A stretch of DNA of 63,260 nucleotides, the filler included, from Stramenopiles sp. TOSAG23-3 (taxonomy: Eukaryota), in assembly GCA_900128585.1 (NCBI GenBank). It is 9 parts of 9 records of this genome, joined end to end, with 100 filler letters (N's around TTAATTAATTAA, not from the genome) between each part and the next. Parts side by side here need not be neighbours in the genome. Positions count along the whole stretch, not along the records: positions 1 to 8,515 come from LT643009.1; positions 8,616 to 17,129 come from LT643010.1; 7 more parts are not named here. One strand, 5' to 3'. The first letter of the stretch is position 1. Each line of letters starts with the position of its first letter. Positions 1-10,100 of the stretch are shown here, one piece after another. The notes beneath the pieces are model-generated. The model saw only the letters and a list, made by a program, of their open reading frames with translations, made no database searches and had not been told where the DNA came from. The translations under genes were made by a program, and so were the position numbers.

Positions 1-456
1 GTTTGGCACGACGGCTTTGTTGATTTTTTGGACGGCCTTGTCCACGTTGGTCTGCGGGTACGCAATGTACTGGCGGTCCTTGAAAAAGCCATCGTACGAT
101 TCGTAGGGGAGCAACTTGCCGTACGTGTCGTCTTGCATTGTTTTCGCTTCTGGAAACTCGTACTTTTCCCACGTCGTACCTTTTGTTACGACAGGGGAAC
201 CGCAGGTGTTTCCAGTGTAGTCGATCCCGTGGACCAGCCGACCGGCGTCCCCATATTGGGCTGCTAGGGCCCAGACTACAATCCAAGCGATGCAAAAGAT
301 GACGTACACCACGCAGCACCCAATGTCCTTGCACTTGTTGTCCCTGATGCCAGCGCGCCGGACCCCAAGGTTTGTTTCTTTGTCGGCGGCCGTGTTGTCA
401 AGCGACGCACGGTCGGTCATCAGCACGGCGCCCGGGGCGACCAATTTGCTCGCCAT
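1..456 (-). CDS. Choline transporter-like (SLC44/CTL) protein, N-terminal part; runs off the window start
   Basis: Manual translation from ATG at 456: MASKLV...RDNKCKDIGCCVVYVIFCIAWIVVWALAAQYGDAGRLVHGIDYTGNTCG. This matches the SLC44 N-terminal signature (CxD-TM1-GDxxRLxxGxDxxGNxCG). Absent from the ORF track because there is no stop in the window. Confidence 0.85.
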   Translation of the reverse strand, partial: MASKLVAPGAVLMTDRASLDNTAADKETNLGVRRAGIRDNKCKDIGCCVVYVIFCIAWIVVWALAAQYGDAGRLVHGIDYTGNTCGSPVVTKGTTWEKYEFPEAKTMQDDTYGKLLPYESYDGFFKDRQYIAYPQTNVDKAVQKINKAVVPN

Positions 457-1324
457 AATTGTTGTCAATTGGGAAGATGGGTGGTCTTCGAAAAGTGTAT
501 CGATGTTTCGTTTGTTATGCGTCGGTCGACTGTAAAATTCTACAAAAATATATTATTGTTGTGTATCTTTACGCTCGTCTCGCACAACTGAACCTTTTTA
601 TTCACTTTCATCGGTTTGACCTGAGTTTTATTTCGCCATTTCGTTGATCTGTCATCATGCCCGCCTCGTACATTACATGGAATAAAAATAATAATATAAT
701 AATAATAATAATAATAAAAAAAATTCAAAAAAATATCTTCTTCTCTTTCTTCTTCTTCTATTTTTATTCTTCTCTGCTGTGCTATGTTTATGTTAATATA
801 ATAATAATCCGGGAGGGACAATCTATCCTGTCCTGTGTGAATATAAAAAATATCTAATAAAAAAAAAAGGATTTTTAAAATTTAAGCAAACAAATTGGTA
901 TTATTATTATAGATCGATCGATCTACATTTATTTAAATAGGAAAGAAGAGATAGTGTCCATAAGTCTATAAGTAGCAATAGGTAATAATTTTATTATTAT
1001 TTAAATTATTTAGGATATATTTACAGTATTCTAAAAAACCTTATATACAAGAAAGACACACAAAATTCGTGGGCACAAGAAGATACGCCGTAATTTATAA
1101 ATAATCAAAAATAAAATAATAATAATTAAATATAAAAATAATGGACTGTAAGGTAAATATAATATAAATAAAAAAATATCTTTTCTTTCTTTCTTTCTTT
1201 CTTTTTTTCTACGAGTAGTCTACGAGGTTTATTTCCTCGTATTCATTCTCCTTTATTAACCTTATTTATTTATATTTGGTATTTTTTTTTATTAAATAAT
1301 AATAATAATATTTTTTTCTTTCGA

Positions 1325-2026
1325 TCATGCGCATGCATTTGTTATTGATGAATCACCATCCAGGGCGCATTCTCTGAAGCACGAGCCGCTATTACATTGC
1401 TGGCAGCATTTCTTGAAAATTGCCTTTTTACATGTACTAGAGAAAGTGTTGCGGTGTGTCCTTGAGTTTGCCCCAGCTTCGTATCTTTCCCTACTGCACG
1501 CCCCCGACCTAGAAAATCCCCAACTTAAAAAGTTCCATTCACGTTGCATTTTTCTTTTCCATTGGCCGCCCCCTCGAAGTTTGCGTTTGTCGGCATATGT
1601 GTTGAAGGGTGCGTTGTTTCGGCCATACATGCTGCCAACCGGTTCTTCGTCAGCATATGTGTTGAAGGGTGCGTTGTTTCGGCCATACATGCTGCCAATT
1701 GATTCTTCGTCAGCATATCTGTTGAAGGGTGCGTTGTTTCGGCCATACATGCTGCCAACCGCTTCTTTCATATGTGTTACCCCACATAACATCTTCGGTA
1801 TGCACTCTCCACTTACTTCATCCCGAACATAACCTTTTTTACAGCCGCAGCCTATTCTGCACACCTGCCTGCAGCTCATCATTGGTGATGACGTGCATGT
1901 TTTTTCACAAGAAGAATGGCACGAACTAAAGACTTCCCCCTTTCCACAACTATGCTCTCGTGGTATTTTGGCGTTGGCGGTGAAAGCGCAGAAGAGAAGC
2001 GTGGCGACAATCGCTACAGATTTCAT
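1325..2026 (-). CDS. Secreted protein: TIL (trypsin inhibitor-like) domain, three 20-aa repeats and a C-terminal Cys-rich domain
   Basis: Signal peptide MKSVAIVATLLFCAFTANA. Ten-Cys TIL pattern CGKGEVFSSCHSSCEKTC...CRQVCRIGCGCKKGYVRD...CIPKMLC. Repeat GSMYGRNNAPFNxYADEE. Confidence 0.8.
   Translation of the reverse strand: MKSVAIVATLLFCAFTANAKIPREHSCGKGEVFSSCHSSCEKTCTSSPMMSCRQVCRIGCGCKKGYVRDEVSGECIPKMLCGVTHMKEAVGSMYGRNNAPFNRYADEESIGSMYGRNNAPFNTYADEEPVGSMYGRNNAPFNTYADKRKLRGGGQWKRKMQREWNFLSWGFSRSGACSRERYEAGANSRTHRNTFSSTCKKAIFKKCCQQCNSGSCFRECALDGDSSITNACA
1589..1767. repeat. 60-bp coding tandem repeat, 3 copies
   Basis: GCATATGTGTTGAAGGGTGCGTTGTTTCGGCCATACATGCTGCCAA recurs with period 60 (one substitution in the third copy). 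Confidence 0.95.
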
Positions 2027-2744
2027 TGGTAAATTCTTCAAAATTTAAAGAAAGAATACTAAGTATTGGTAACGATTCAGAAACGTAAACTGTATATTTT
2101 CAAGCCGTAGTTCACAAATTGGAATTGTGAAGTATGTATTATTTTCTTGGGACGTGAAAACACGAAATAATTAATAAACAAAAAATGTTGAAGTGGATGA
2201 ATGAATAAAATAATAATAAAAAAAAATGAAAAAAAAAAAAAAAAAAAGAAAAGAAGAAAAAGACTTTTTTCTTTATTAAAATGATGTGCTGAATCTTTTA
2301 GTAATGATATGTACCTGTAATGGAACTATGACATAAGCACACCACAACATTTAACACATAGGCATATCATAGGGCAGGTTCCCTTATTCGATGAATGGAT
2401 CCAAGTTTCTTGCTTCGTTAATTAAAAATGTCGTCGCATCATCCATTTTTTTACAATTACGAGGTAAAACAAAAAATGTTGAAGTGGATGAATGATGAAT
2501 GAATAATATAATAAAAACACCAAGAAGAAGAAAGAAAGAAGAAAGAAAGAGGAGAAGAAAAGAAGTATTATTCCAATTATGATATATAATATTATAGTAG
2601 TAATAGTATAGAAAAATAAAAAATGTCGTTGATGGGAAAGAAAAAAAGAAAAGAAGAAGAAGAAAACGAAAAAACGGTCTTACTTCTTCGGTACGAAGTA
2701 CCTGTAGGTATAATACACTGTATTAATAATACCTAGAAGTCGAA

Positions 2745-2900
2745 GAGAAGAAGAAGAAAAAAAAAGAAGAAGAATAGAAGAAGAAAAAAGAAGAAGAAGA
2801 AAAAAAAAGAAGAAGAAAGAAGAAGAAGAAAAAAGAAGAAGAAGAAAAAAATAGAAGAAGAAGAAAAAAATAGAAGAAGAAGAAAAAAGAAGAAGAAAGA
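2745..2900. repeat. (GAA)n / A-rich simple repeat
   Basis: Imperfect AGAAGAAGAAAAAA arrays. Confidence 0.9.
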
Positions 2901-3425
2901 ATTATTTATGGCTTCATCGTTTCTCGTTTCATCGTTGTTAGTCGTTCTAATATATATATTAAATAAGCCACAATTAAAGGATGATGTGTCTATATTAAAT
3001 TTGTTGGGCCAGCCATCATTTTCCCTAAAAAAAAGTTTAATATTTAATATTTTGATTTTGCATTCTTCATTTATTTACAATAATGAATAATTAGTATAAG
3101 GTAATAATAATTAGAGAAAAAAATGTCTCAAATAATCACTTCTTCTTCATGTAACTGACAGCAGACGAAAAGGGTTGGGGTTGGTACTACTATTGTATGG
3201 TATTATATCATCTTCTTCTCCTTTTTTTAATAATTATATATTCTTCATGATGATCTCGATTTCTACATATGTGTGTGCTCTCTTTTTACATTTGTTATAT
3301 ACAACTACATCACGATCAATAATAAGAAACAATCGAAAGAAACACAATCACATCTTTCAGAATACCTTTCGTCTATCATTCTATACGCAATCTTTTCTTC
3401 CACATTGACCGTTCGTATTCACACC

Positions 3426-4637
3426 ATGTCTTCCCATTATGGGAAGGAATACAAAACGCTGAATCCCAAGACGGATGCCCACCTCGACACCACGCTGGAG
3501 AAGCGAAATACGAGATGTAGACTAAGGGGGTCCACCCGCGAGTTTACACATTCGCACCGTCAACTTGAACAAGAGCGGCGGGAGCTGAGGAAAAAGTTCG
3601 ACGAAACCATAGGGGAAACCATGTGCCTTCACTCCCATTTGATAGAAAATGTTTACTCATCCCTTTGCAGCAAGTACCCGCGGGGCGGCGTAGAGGAATG
3701 GCGAGATAAGTTTTTTGGGGCACAAACCGACCACTATGTTCCGGGGAAAATGGTAACGAAAAAGTGGGTCGAAAGGTTTCTTGCCCCCCACCTGGGCGTG
3801 TCTCCGAAGGCTCACCCATACGAAGAGTTTGTCAGGGTGCTCGCAAAACCCCACGAACCGGCGGCCAACAAGGAGTCACTGCTGAAGCAGCGGGACATGG
3901 TCAGCCGGCTCGTCGAAAAATTAGAGGAGTGGCCGATCATTGCCGCCGAGTGCTCCTACTTTAGAAGAGAAATACACGGCATAGTCAACCACGCCCGGTT
4001 CGCTGTTTGGAGTTTTCCCTGCAACAAAGTCTCGCTCGGCAACGTACATAACATCGTGGGCGTCGCCTTTCGATGCCTTTGCAAACACATAGTCGCCTTT
4101 TTTGTAGGATTTGCCGACTTTGAATACCTTCAGGTGAAGGCCTACCCCAGCGATCCCTTGCTTTCCTTGCGCGCCCTGCATTCCTGTTGGGCCACGCAAC
4201 CCCGGTCTTCCAGTTTCTCCAACCTGTCCTTGTGGCCCAGCAACCCCCCTGATCCCAACACCATCGCGGCCTGGGCGGCCTTCCAGTCCGTCTTTGCCCG
4301 AGCGACCGGGAGAACCCCGTTCGCCCTCTCCTCCGTCCTTGCCAGGGCGCCCACGAGCACCTTCTTTCCCCGGTGCTCCACCTTTGCCAGGGAGCCCCGT
4401 TGGGCCTCTCAACACGCCGGTGGCAACTTTGCGCTCAAGGGATTCCACTTCACGCTTAAGCGCTTCCGTGCTGGCCTTGTTTGTGTTGATTTCCTTGTAC
4501 ACTTGGGCCGCGTCGATATCGTGGTTGATTTCCACAGCAACCGGGGACATGACCGTCTCAAGACATTTTTTCTGTGGTCCTTTCAAAATCAAACCGTGGC
4601 TCGGACTAGCCGAAGAAAACGTCAACGAAGACTTTGA
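3426..4637 (+). CDS. Hypothetical protein; only ~3426-3990 looks like genuine coding sequence, the rest is antisense to the collagen-like gene
   Basis: ATG at 3426 follows an AT-rich spacer. Protein-like helical sequence to ...FRREIHGIVNH, then the frame runs antisense through the Gly-X-Y gene. Confidence 0.5.
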   Translation: MSSHYGKEYKTLNPKTDAHLDTTLEKRNTRCRLRGSTREFTHSHRQLEQERRELRKKFDETIGETMCLHSHLIENVYSSLCSKYPRGGVEEWRDKFFGAQTDHYVPGKMVTKKWVERFLAPHLGVSPKAHPYEEFVRVLAKPHEPAANKESLLKQRDMVSRLVEKLEEWPIIAAECSYFRREIHGIVNHARFAVWSFPCNKVSLGNVHNIVGVAFRCLCKHIVAFFVGFADFEYLQVKAYPSDPLLSLRALHSCWATQPRSSSFSNLSLWPSNPPDPNTIAAWAAFQSVFARATGRTPFALSSVLARAPTSTFFPRCSTFAREPRWASQHAGGNFALKGFHFTLKRFRAGLVCVDFLVHLGRVDIVVDFHSNRGHDRLKTFFLWSFQNQTVARTSRRKRQRRL

Positions 4638-4853
4638 GTAGAGGACGGCCCGGCAGCCTTCAGGCACATATATTGCCTTTGGGACTGTCCCAGGCTCCAC
4701 GTGCTCAATTGTCGCCCCAGACGATACCTTCAGGGACTGGGAAGGGGCACCACTGAAGTCGCACGACGAGTACAGTGCCACAGGTTGGTCACACAGCTTT
4801 GCGGCGGCCGCCGCGGAGCTTGCCAGAGTCACTACTGCTATTGCACGTTTCAT
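3921..4853 (-). CDS. Secreted collagen-like protein (crystallin-like N-domain, coiled coil, Gly-X-Y repeats, CBM5/12-like C-domain)
   Basis: Signal peptide. About 25 Gly-X-Y triplets with one interruption (GPTGLPGKGGAPGKEGARGRPGKDG...). C-terminal FKVGKSYKKGDYVF...MYVA resembles ChtBD3/CBM5-12 modules. The 3' end may be chimeric. Confidence 0.8.
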   Translation of the reverse strand: MKRAIAVVTLASSAAAAAKLCDQPVALYSSCDFSGAPSQSLKVSSGATIEHVEPGTVPKAIYVPEGCRAVLYSKSSLTFSSASPSHGLILKGPQKKCLETVMSPVAVEINHDIDAAQVYKEINTNKASTEALKREVESLERKVATGVLRGPTGLPGKGGAPGKEGARGRPGKDGGEGERGSPGRSGKDGLEGRPGRDGVGIRGVAGPQGQVGETGRPGLRGPTGMQGAQGKQGIAGVGLHLKVFKVGKSYKKGDYVFAKASKGDAHDVMYVAERDFVAGKTPNSEPGVVDYAVYFSSKVGALGGNDRPLL

Positions 4854-5640
4854 GTTTCAGTAATTTAATAAAATTAAATTGAAGCTCTGCAAGGTATTTT
4901 AATTTGTCAACTTAGTATAAATCGTGTGTAAAGTCGGTAAAAGGTCGACATCAATTTCACCACCTTCTTCTCTTTTTGTTGGATTGATTAGAAGAATAGG
5001 TACAAGGAAGGAATTACAGATTTCCAAATTCCAAATTGCTGCTTCTTCTTTGTAGTTTAAACGGTACAACAAGGGAATAACACCACCACCATTCATCCAA
5101 TTTACGTACGAACCTCATTCCCACTGGATCGGATTAAATTAAAAAATAGGATAGATTTATAAGAACACAGTATGGAATTAATATATATTTAATAAGAAAA
5201 GCAGAATCACATATTTTATATAATAAATAAAATATTACATTTATTTATAGCTACTATATCTATAATAAGAACACAACAAACATAGAGTTGAGTAGGAGGA
5301 TATAAATATAATTTATCTCCTTCTGACGGATTCTCCCCTCCACTTTTTTTTAAAGAAGAAGGAAGGACCTTCCTTCCTCGTTTTAATTTCACCCAAATAG
5401 TTATTCAAGTTTTGTTAAAATAGACGAAGTGTATATATCTTTTATAGTTTTAGTTTTCAGATAAGTTTAAAAATATACACTTTTAAAAAAATAAAAGTTT
5501 TACAGAGAGGTTTTAACTCGAGCTCTCTTTGATAATTTAGGAAACCAATTGTACGTAATCCGTAAATTATGTCATTCACGTAAGACACCATTATTATTTT
5601 TGTGTTTAACTCAATAATAGCTTAATACATTTCTACGTTT

Positions 5641-8515
5641 CTACTGCAGGCCAAACCCGCTCGCATTTTCAATAGCAAGCAAGAGCTTTGCCCTCAGCTT
5701 TTCCCGAGATGAATATTCTGGAAGCAAAAGAGTAGAAAAACACGTTGCTGCGGAAGGAAGACTTTCCGAATCAGGCCCATTTCGCTGTAATTTAAACTTC
5801 GGCAGCAAATTTGATAACCCTCCAATGGGTGCCCTCCCACTCCCAGTTGCAAACCTCAACAGTTTCTGCTTCTGTTCGTACGAGAAAGTGTGCACGACGC
5901 TCCAAAACTCTAGTACGCTATGGTGCGACTCGGTAAACCCTTCGTACTCTGCTCCCTTTTCCAATTCGTAAAAATTGAGACGCGTCTCTCCCTCCACCAA
6001 CTGCTCTAACTCCAACGGGGTAAACAGGTGCAGGGCTCGCCCGTCTACAACTCTAAGAAACCCTGTTGCAAAGGCTTTAAATGATCCTTCGATGGAACGT
6101 TCAAAGAACCACTCCACGTACAAATCTACATACGTGCCTTTGTTCCCGCTAGTGACAGCAGTGCCTGCACCGTTGGCTCCTAGCAAGTCGTGTTTTAATT
6201 CCTCCCCGCCTATTCCACTGTAGGAAATTTCAAAGTCCAAACAGAACACGTCTTCTGCGTCATCTCCTGGGTACTCTTTGATCTGTTTCAAGCTCGAGTA
6301 GATCGTCTCGTCGATCTCTTTCAGGTCTTCCAGCGTGTTCTTAACACCCAGCAACCGCCGGTACAACGCCAAGGGGAAATGGAGGTCTAAAATGACATCG
6401 TTGTAAATTGCCAGCCCGGCTAACAAACCAACCAAGTAGTATATTTTGTCCCCGTCAAGACTTTGCGAGGAGAACCAATATGCATTATCACCGACAACTT
6501 TCCAATTTCCATAGTCAGGATTAAATAGTTCGACGACCAGCAAAGAAAAGTACTCTCTCTTGACTCCACCAGCGTCCACGCCATCTTCTTGGTGAAACCG
6601 CACCTTAAGAGGCTTTCTCAAGTCCCCGGGCCTTAATTTCCCCGCGATCGATATACTATCCGCGAGCAAGTTTGCGCGACGAATCGTAATGCCCAAATAC
6701 GGCGATTCTTGCGCGCCAAACGCGGTTCGGTACATTGCATTTTGCATGGATTGCTTCATTCGAATTGTAGACTCCAGGGCAAGTATACGGCGCTTTGCGC
6801 CCGCGCTCAAAAGAAAACTGTGCTTGCAAAAGGTAAATGTGGTCCCATGCCCCTCTTCTTCGGTGACCCAGGCCCAGTAGTCCTTAATAAAGTACTCATT
6901 GCTCATATTGCTCGCAAACCCGCAGTAAAAGCTCGAATCGCTAATTTCACCGGGCTCAAAGAATCTTGCACGCGCCGAATGAAGGCACTTCAAGAACTTG
7001 GCCAAAGCCAAACCAGTTCCGCCCTCCGCGGTGCTGGACCGACCTGCCAATTTCAACTCGTTGTCTAACAACCAAACAAGTGGCTCAACTATTTGAGCAA
7101 TAATCACTTCCTTCGGCACCGCTTCCATTACGAAACATGCTAACTTTTCCAGGGCCGGTTTCTTTAACAAAAGAAACAAATTGACAAGATCGATGTATTG
7201 GTTCAGCGTTCGCCCCGGGACTCGTGTCAAAAAAGCAGGGTTCAGAAGGAGGATAAGTACACATCGCAGCTCTTCTTGCGATTTCAACAGACTTGCGACA
7301 GAAGAAATCCTCAAGATGGCGTTGTGGGTACCATCGTAAAAGGCATCGTCCATCTCCGCGACCCCGGCGTAGCTTGTGTACAGCTCTGCAACTGCACTGT
7401 AACCCAAGCTTACTGATTGGGCCACCAATGCATTGTTTACAAACAGCACGTTCAAAGCGGCCGGGTTCGAAAACAAGATTAGAATCTGCTCTTCGGCAGG
7501 CTCGAAATTGCCGGTCAATTTACAATTTTCAAGCACCCCCCTAAATGTGCTCTTGGACAAAGGTTTTACCAGTTTGGATTTTGGGAACATCGACGCGGTC
7601 CGTTTGATGGAATTTGACCGTTCCGATTTTTCTACGATAGCATAGACGCTGTTCTCCCCGGCCGCGATGTCCTTGATTTGGCCGGGCCCTGCGAATTCGT
7701 TGTCCTGGTTCCATCCCTGTTCAAGCCCGTAGTATTTTATTTGTCTGCGCTCTGTAAGGACATAAGTGTGGTTTGTGCTGCGGGTTATGTGTTCGACTGC
7801 TGTGCCAAGGCTAGGGTGTACCATTTGGATGGGTGCTGCAATGTAGGCATTGCTGCCCGGAGAAATTTGTCCAAACGTGTTGGCCCCACAGCCGTACAGG
7901 CCACCCCGAAATGTTATGAAATAGGAACGGTCCGAACCATCGGCAACGACAGACAGCACATAATCGCCCAATTCCTTCAGCGAGTTCCTAAACGTGTCCA
8001 AGTACTGGGGATTCCCTTTCATGAGCACGTGCCCAAGCCCCTCGTCCCCTATCCCCAGCTGGCCCCAGTGGTTGCGACCCCACGAAAAGGGCCTACCACT
8101 TAACGACACGCAGACGACGTGGTCTTTCCCACAATCAATGTCGGAGATTGCATTCATTGTCAATGACTGCACGTGCTGTACGGTGTTTTTATTCTCTAGA
8201 TCCGACCCGAGCCCCAGCTGCCCCCCTGTGCCTTTCCCGCACGTCCAGACGAGGCCCAAGCTCGACAGTATTACCGTAAAATGCGCACCACAACGAACTT
8301 GAACTGGGCGACCATCGTGCACTTTCAATTTTATTGCCCGAGGAGATCTTCCAAATTTACAGTCGAAAGTCTCCTCGCTTGCGTTTGCATTCTCCAATTG
8401 AAGACATTCCCGACAAAGGTCGTACTCACAAATTTTGCAATGCCCCCCCCCCGGGCGACGACTCGTCGATGCGCTTTGAACATTTGTCGCAGTACCAGCA
8501 GAGTCCCGTTTTTCC
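5641..8515 (-). CDS. HERC-type E3 ubiquitin ligase (RCC1 repeats + HECT), 5'-truncated by the contig end
   Basis: RCC1 repeats (VRCGAHFT, GQLGLG, CGKDHV, WGRNHWGQLGIG). HECT motifs EDGVDAGGVKREYF, LRFATGSGRAPIGG and catalytic LPSAATCF. The frame is open to the gap. Confidence 0.95.
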
Positions 8516-8615
8516 NNNNNNNNNNNNNNNNNNNNNNNNNNNNNNNNNNNNNNNNNNNNTTAATTAATTAANNNNNNNNNNNNNNNNNNNNNNNNNNNNN
8601 NNNNNNNNNNNNNNN
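8516..8615. other. Artificial contig linker N44-TTAATTAATTAA-N44 (also at 17130-17229, 25712-25811, 34293-34392, 42864-42963, 51432-51531, 59999-60098, 61630-61729)
   Basis: Identical 100-bp spacer carrying stops in all six frames. A plain N gap also occurs at 20581-20623. Confidence 0.98.
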
Positions 8616-9025
8616 ATTAACTTTCGTGCTCGGGCGACGGTTTTCGTTTTTGGGTTTGGTTTCCGTGTTCGAGGCCCCTCCGCAAAATCGAGTTCATTCT
8701 GGGATAAAACTTTTCTTGCACGATGCCGCAAATCTTTTACGATATGAGACAACGAATCGAGCATGGAAGCAGTGCTATCTGACTTTTCTTTGTTCTGCTG
8801 GACCAGGTCTCTAATGCCTTTTAGCTCATTTCCTATGGCACCACTGATTAGTCTCTTCATCTTCGCCCTCTTCGCCATGGACCGTTCGCGCTTGCTCTCC
8901 ATCTCGCTGTCTGCCAGGTCTTCCATGTTCGGAAAACAACGTTCGCGCGTGCTCAAGCTATCGACTTTCTTTCCCAAATGCCCCATGGATAGGGACCGTA
9001 GCATTTTTTGAGCAACCTCACTCAT
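8616..9025 (-). CDS. Hypothetical coiled-coil protein, 3'-truncated by the linker
   Basis: ATG at 9025, charged helical sequence, open to the gap. Confidence 0.6.
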
Positions 9026-10100
9026 TGTTCCTAACGAAAATTACCCAACTGGCTATCGTTTCCAAACACCGCAATGCTCGTCTTGAACCTAAATCCCCGT
9101 TTTTGACCGATGGTTTCCTTCTCTCGCACACTTCCCAAACGACCAGTCGATAAAATTCCCAGTCCATTATTAACAAATCTATCTTGCGGGAGCACTCGTA
9201 TATATATAGACTATATGCAAGTTAATAAAGCACCGGGACCGTGCCGTACCGTGCCTTACTTTTATAGCCTATTTACATGATATACCATTTCTCAATGTAA
9301 ATACCAAGAAAAACCAACAACAACGACAAATCATTATTTGCAACAAAAGGATTAAAATGGATCTAACTAATTTTAGAGTATATATATAGATATAAATAAC
9401 TAATATAATTATGAACAAATTATGTAAAAATATGGTCTTTTTCGTATTTCGTCATCAATCGGAAAAAAAAAAGATTCTTTTCCTTTTTTCTTAATGCTAT
9501 TGAATGTAGTAATCCAACGTATAAAAATATAGAAAGTGGTCACACCACCTTTTTTTTCTAGCGTCCGTGGTGAGGCGTGGTGAGGAGCAAACAAACAAAA
9601 AAAAAACAAACAAAAAAAAACATCATCTTGAGACGAATTCAGTATACTTAAAAAAATGAGTCATAGACTATATGAATGAAGTTATACTTAAATTGAGATA
9701 TTTCATCTATTTATAAGCAATTGATTACTTTATTCTTATATTATTTAATATTAAAATAAAACGTTAATTTTCCTATTAAAAAATGAAAATATGTTGTTTA
9801 TAGTGATATCCTCCTCCGAGGTCCAAGGTCGGCGTGCGTAGTTACTACCAGTACCGTAGTTACTTGTAATTTTTTTTTATTAGAATAATAATATTATATT
9901 TTTTTATTATTTTTTTTTTAACAACCGTTATATATATTTTAGGTCGATGGATTCCTATATCTACTTTGTACATGTTGAATGAGACGAACGGTTATTCGCC
10001 CCAGTACTTTTTAAAATACGGCGCCCGTTCCTGTAAAATTCAGTGACATTGGTCCAACAGGGAAACCTTGGCTCTAAGTTCGTCCCTGCCAGTTGCTAGG

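Noticed and set aside
1589-1767. Repeat-spacer appearance
   Set aside because: In-frame 60-bp coding repeat with no unique spacers.
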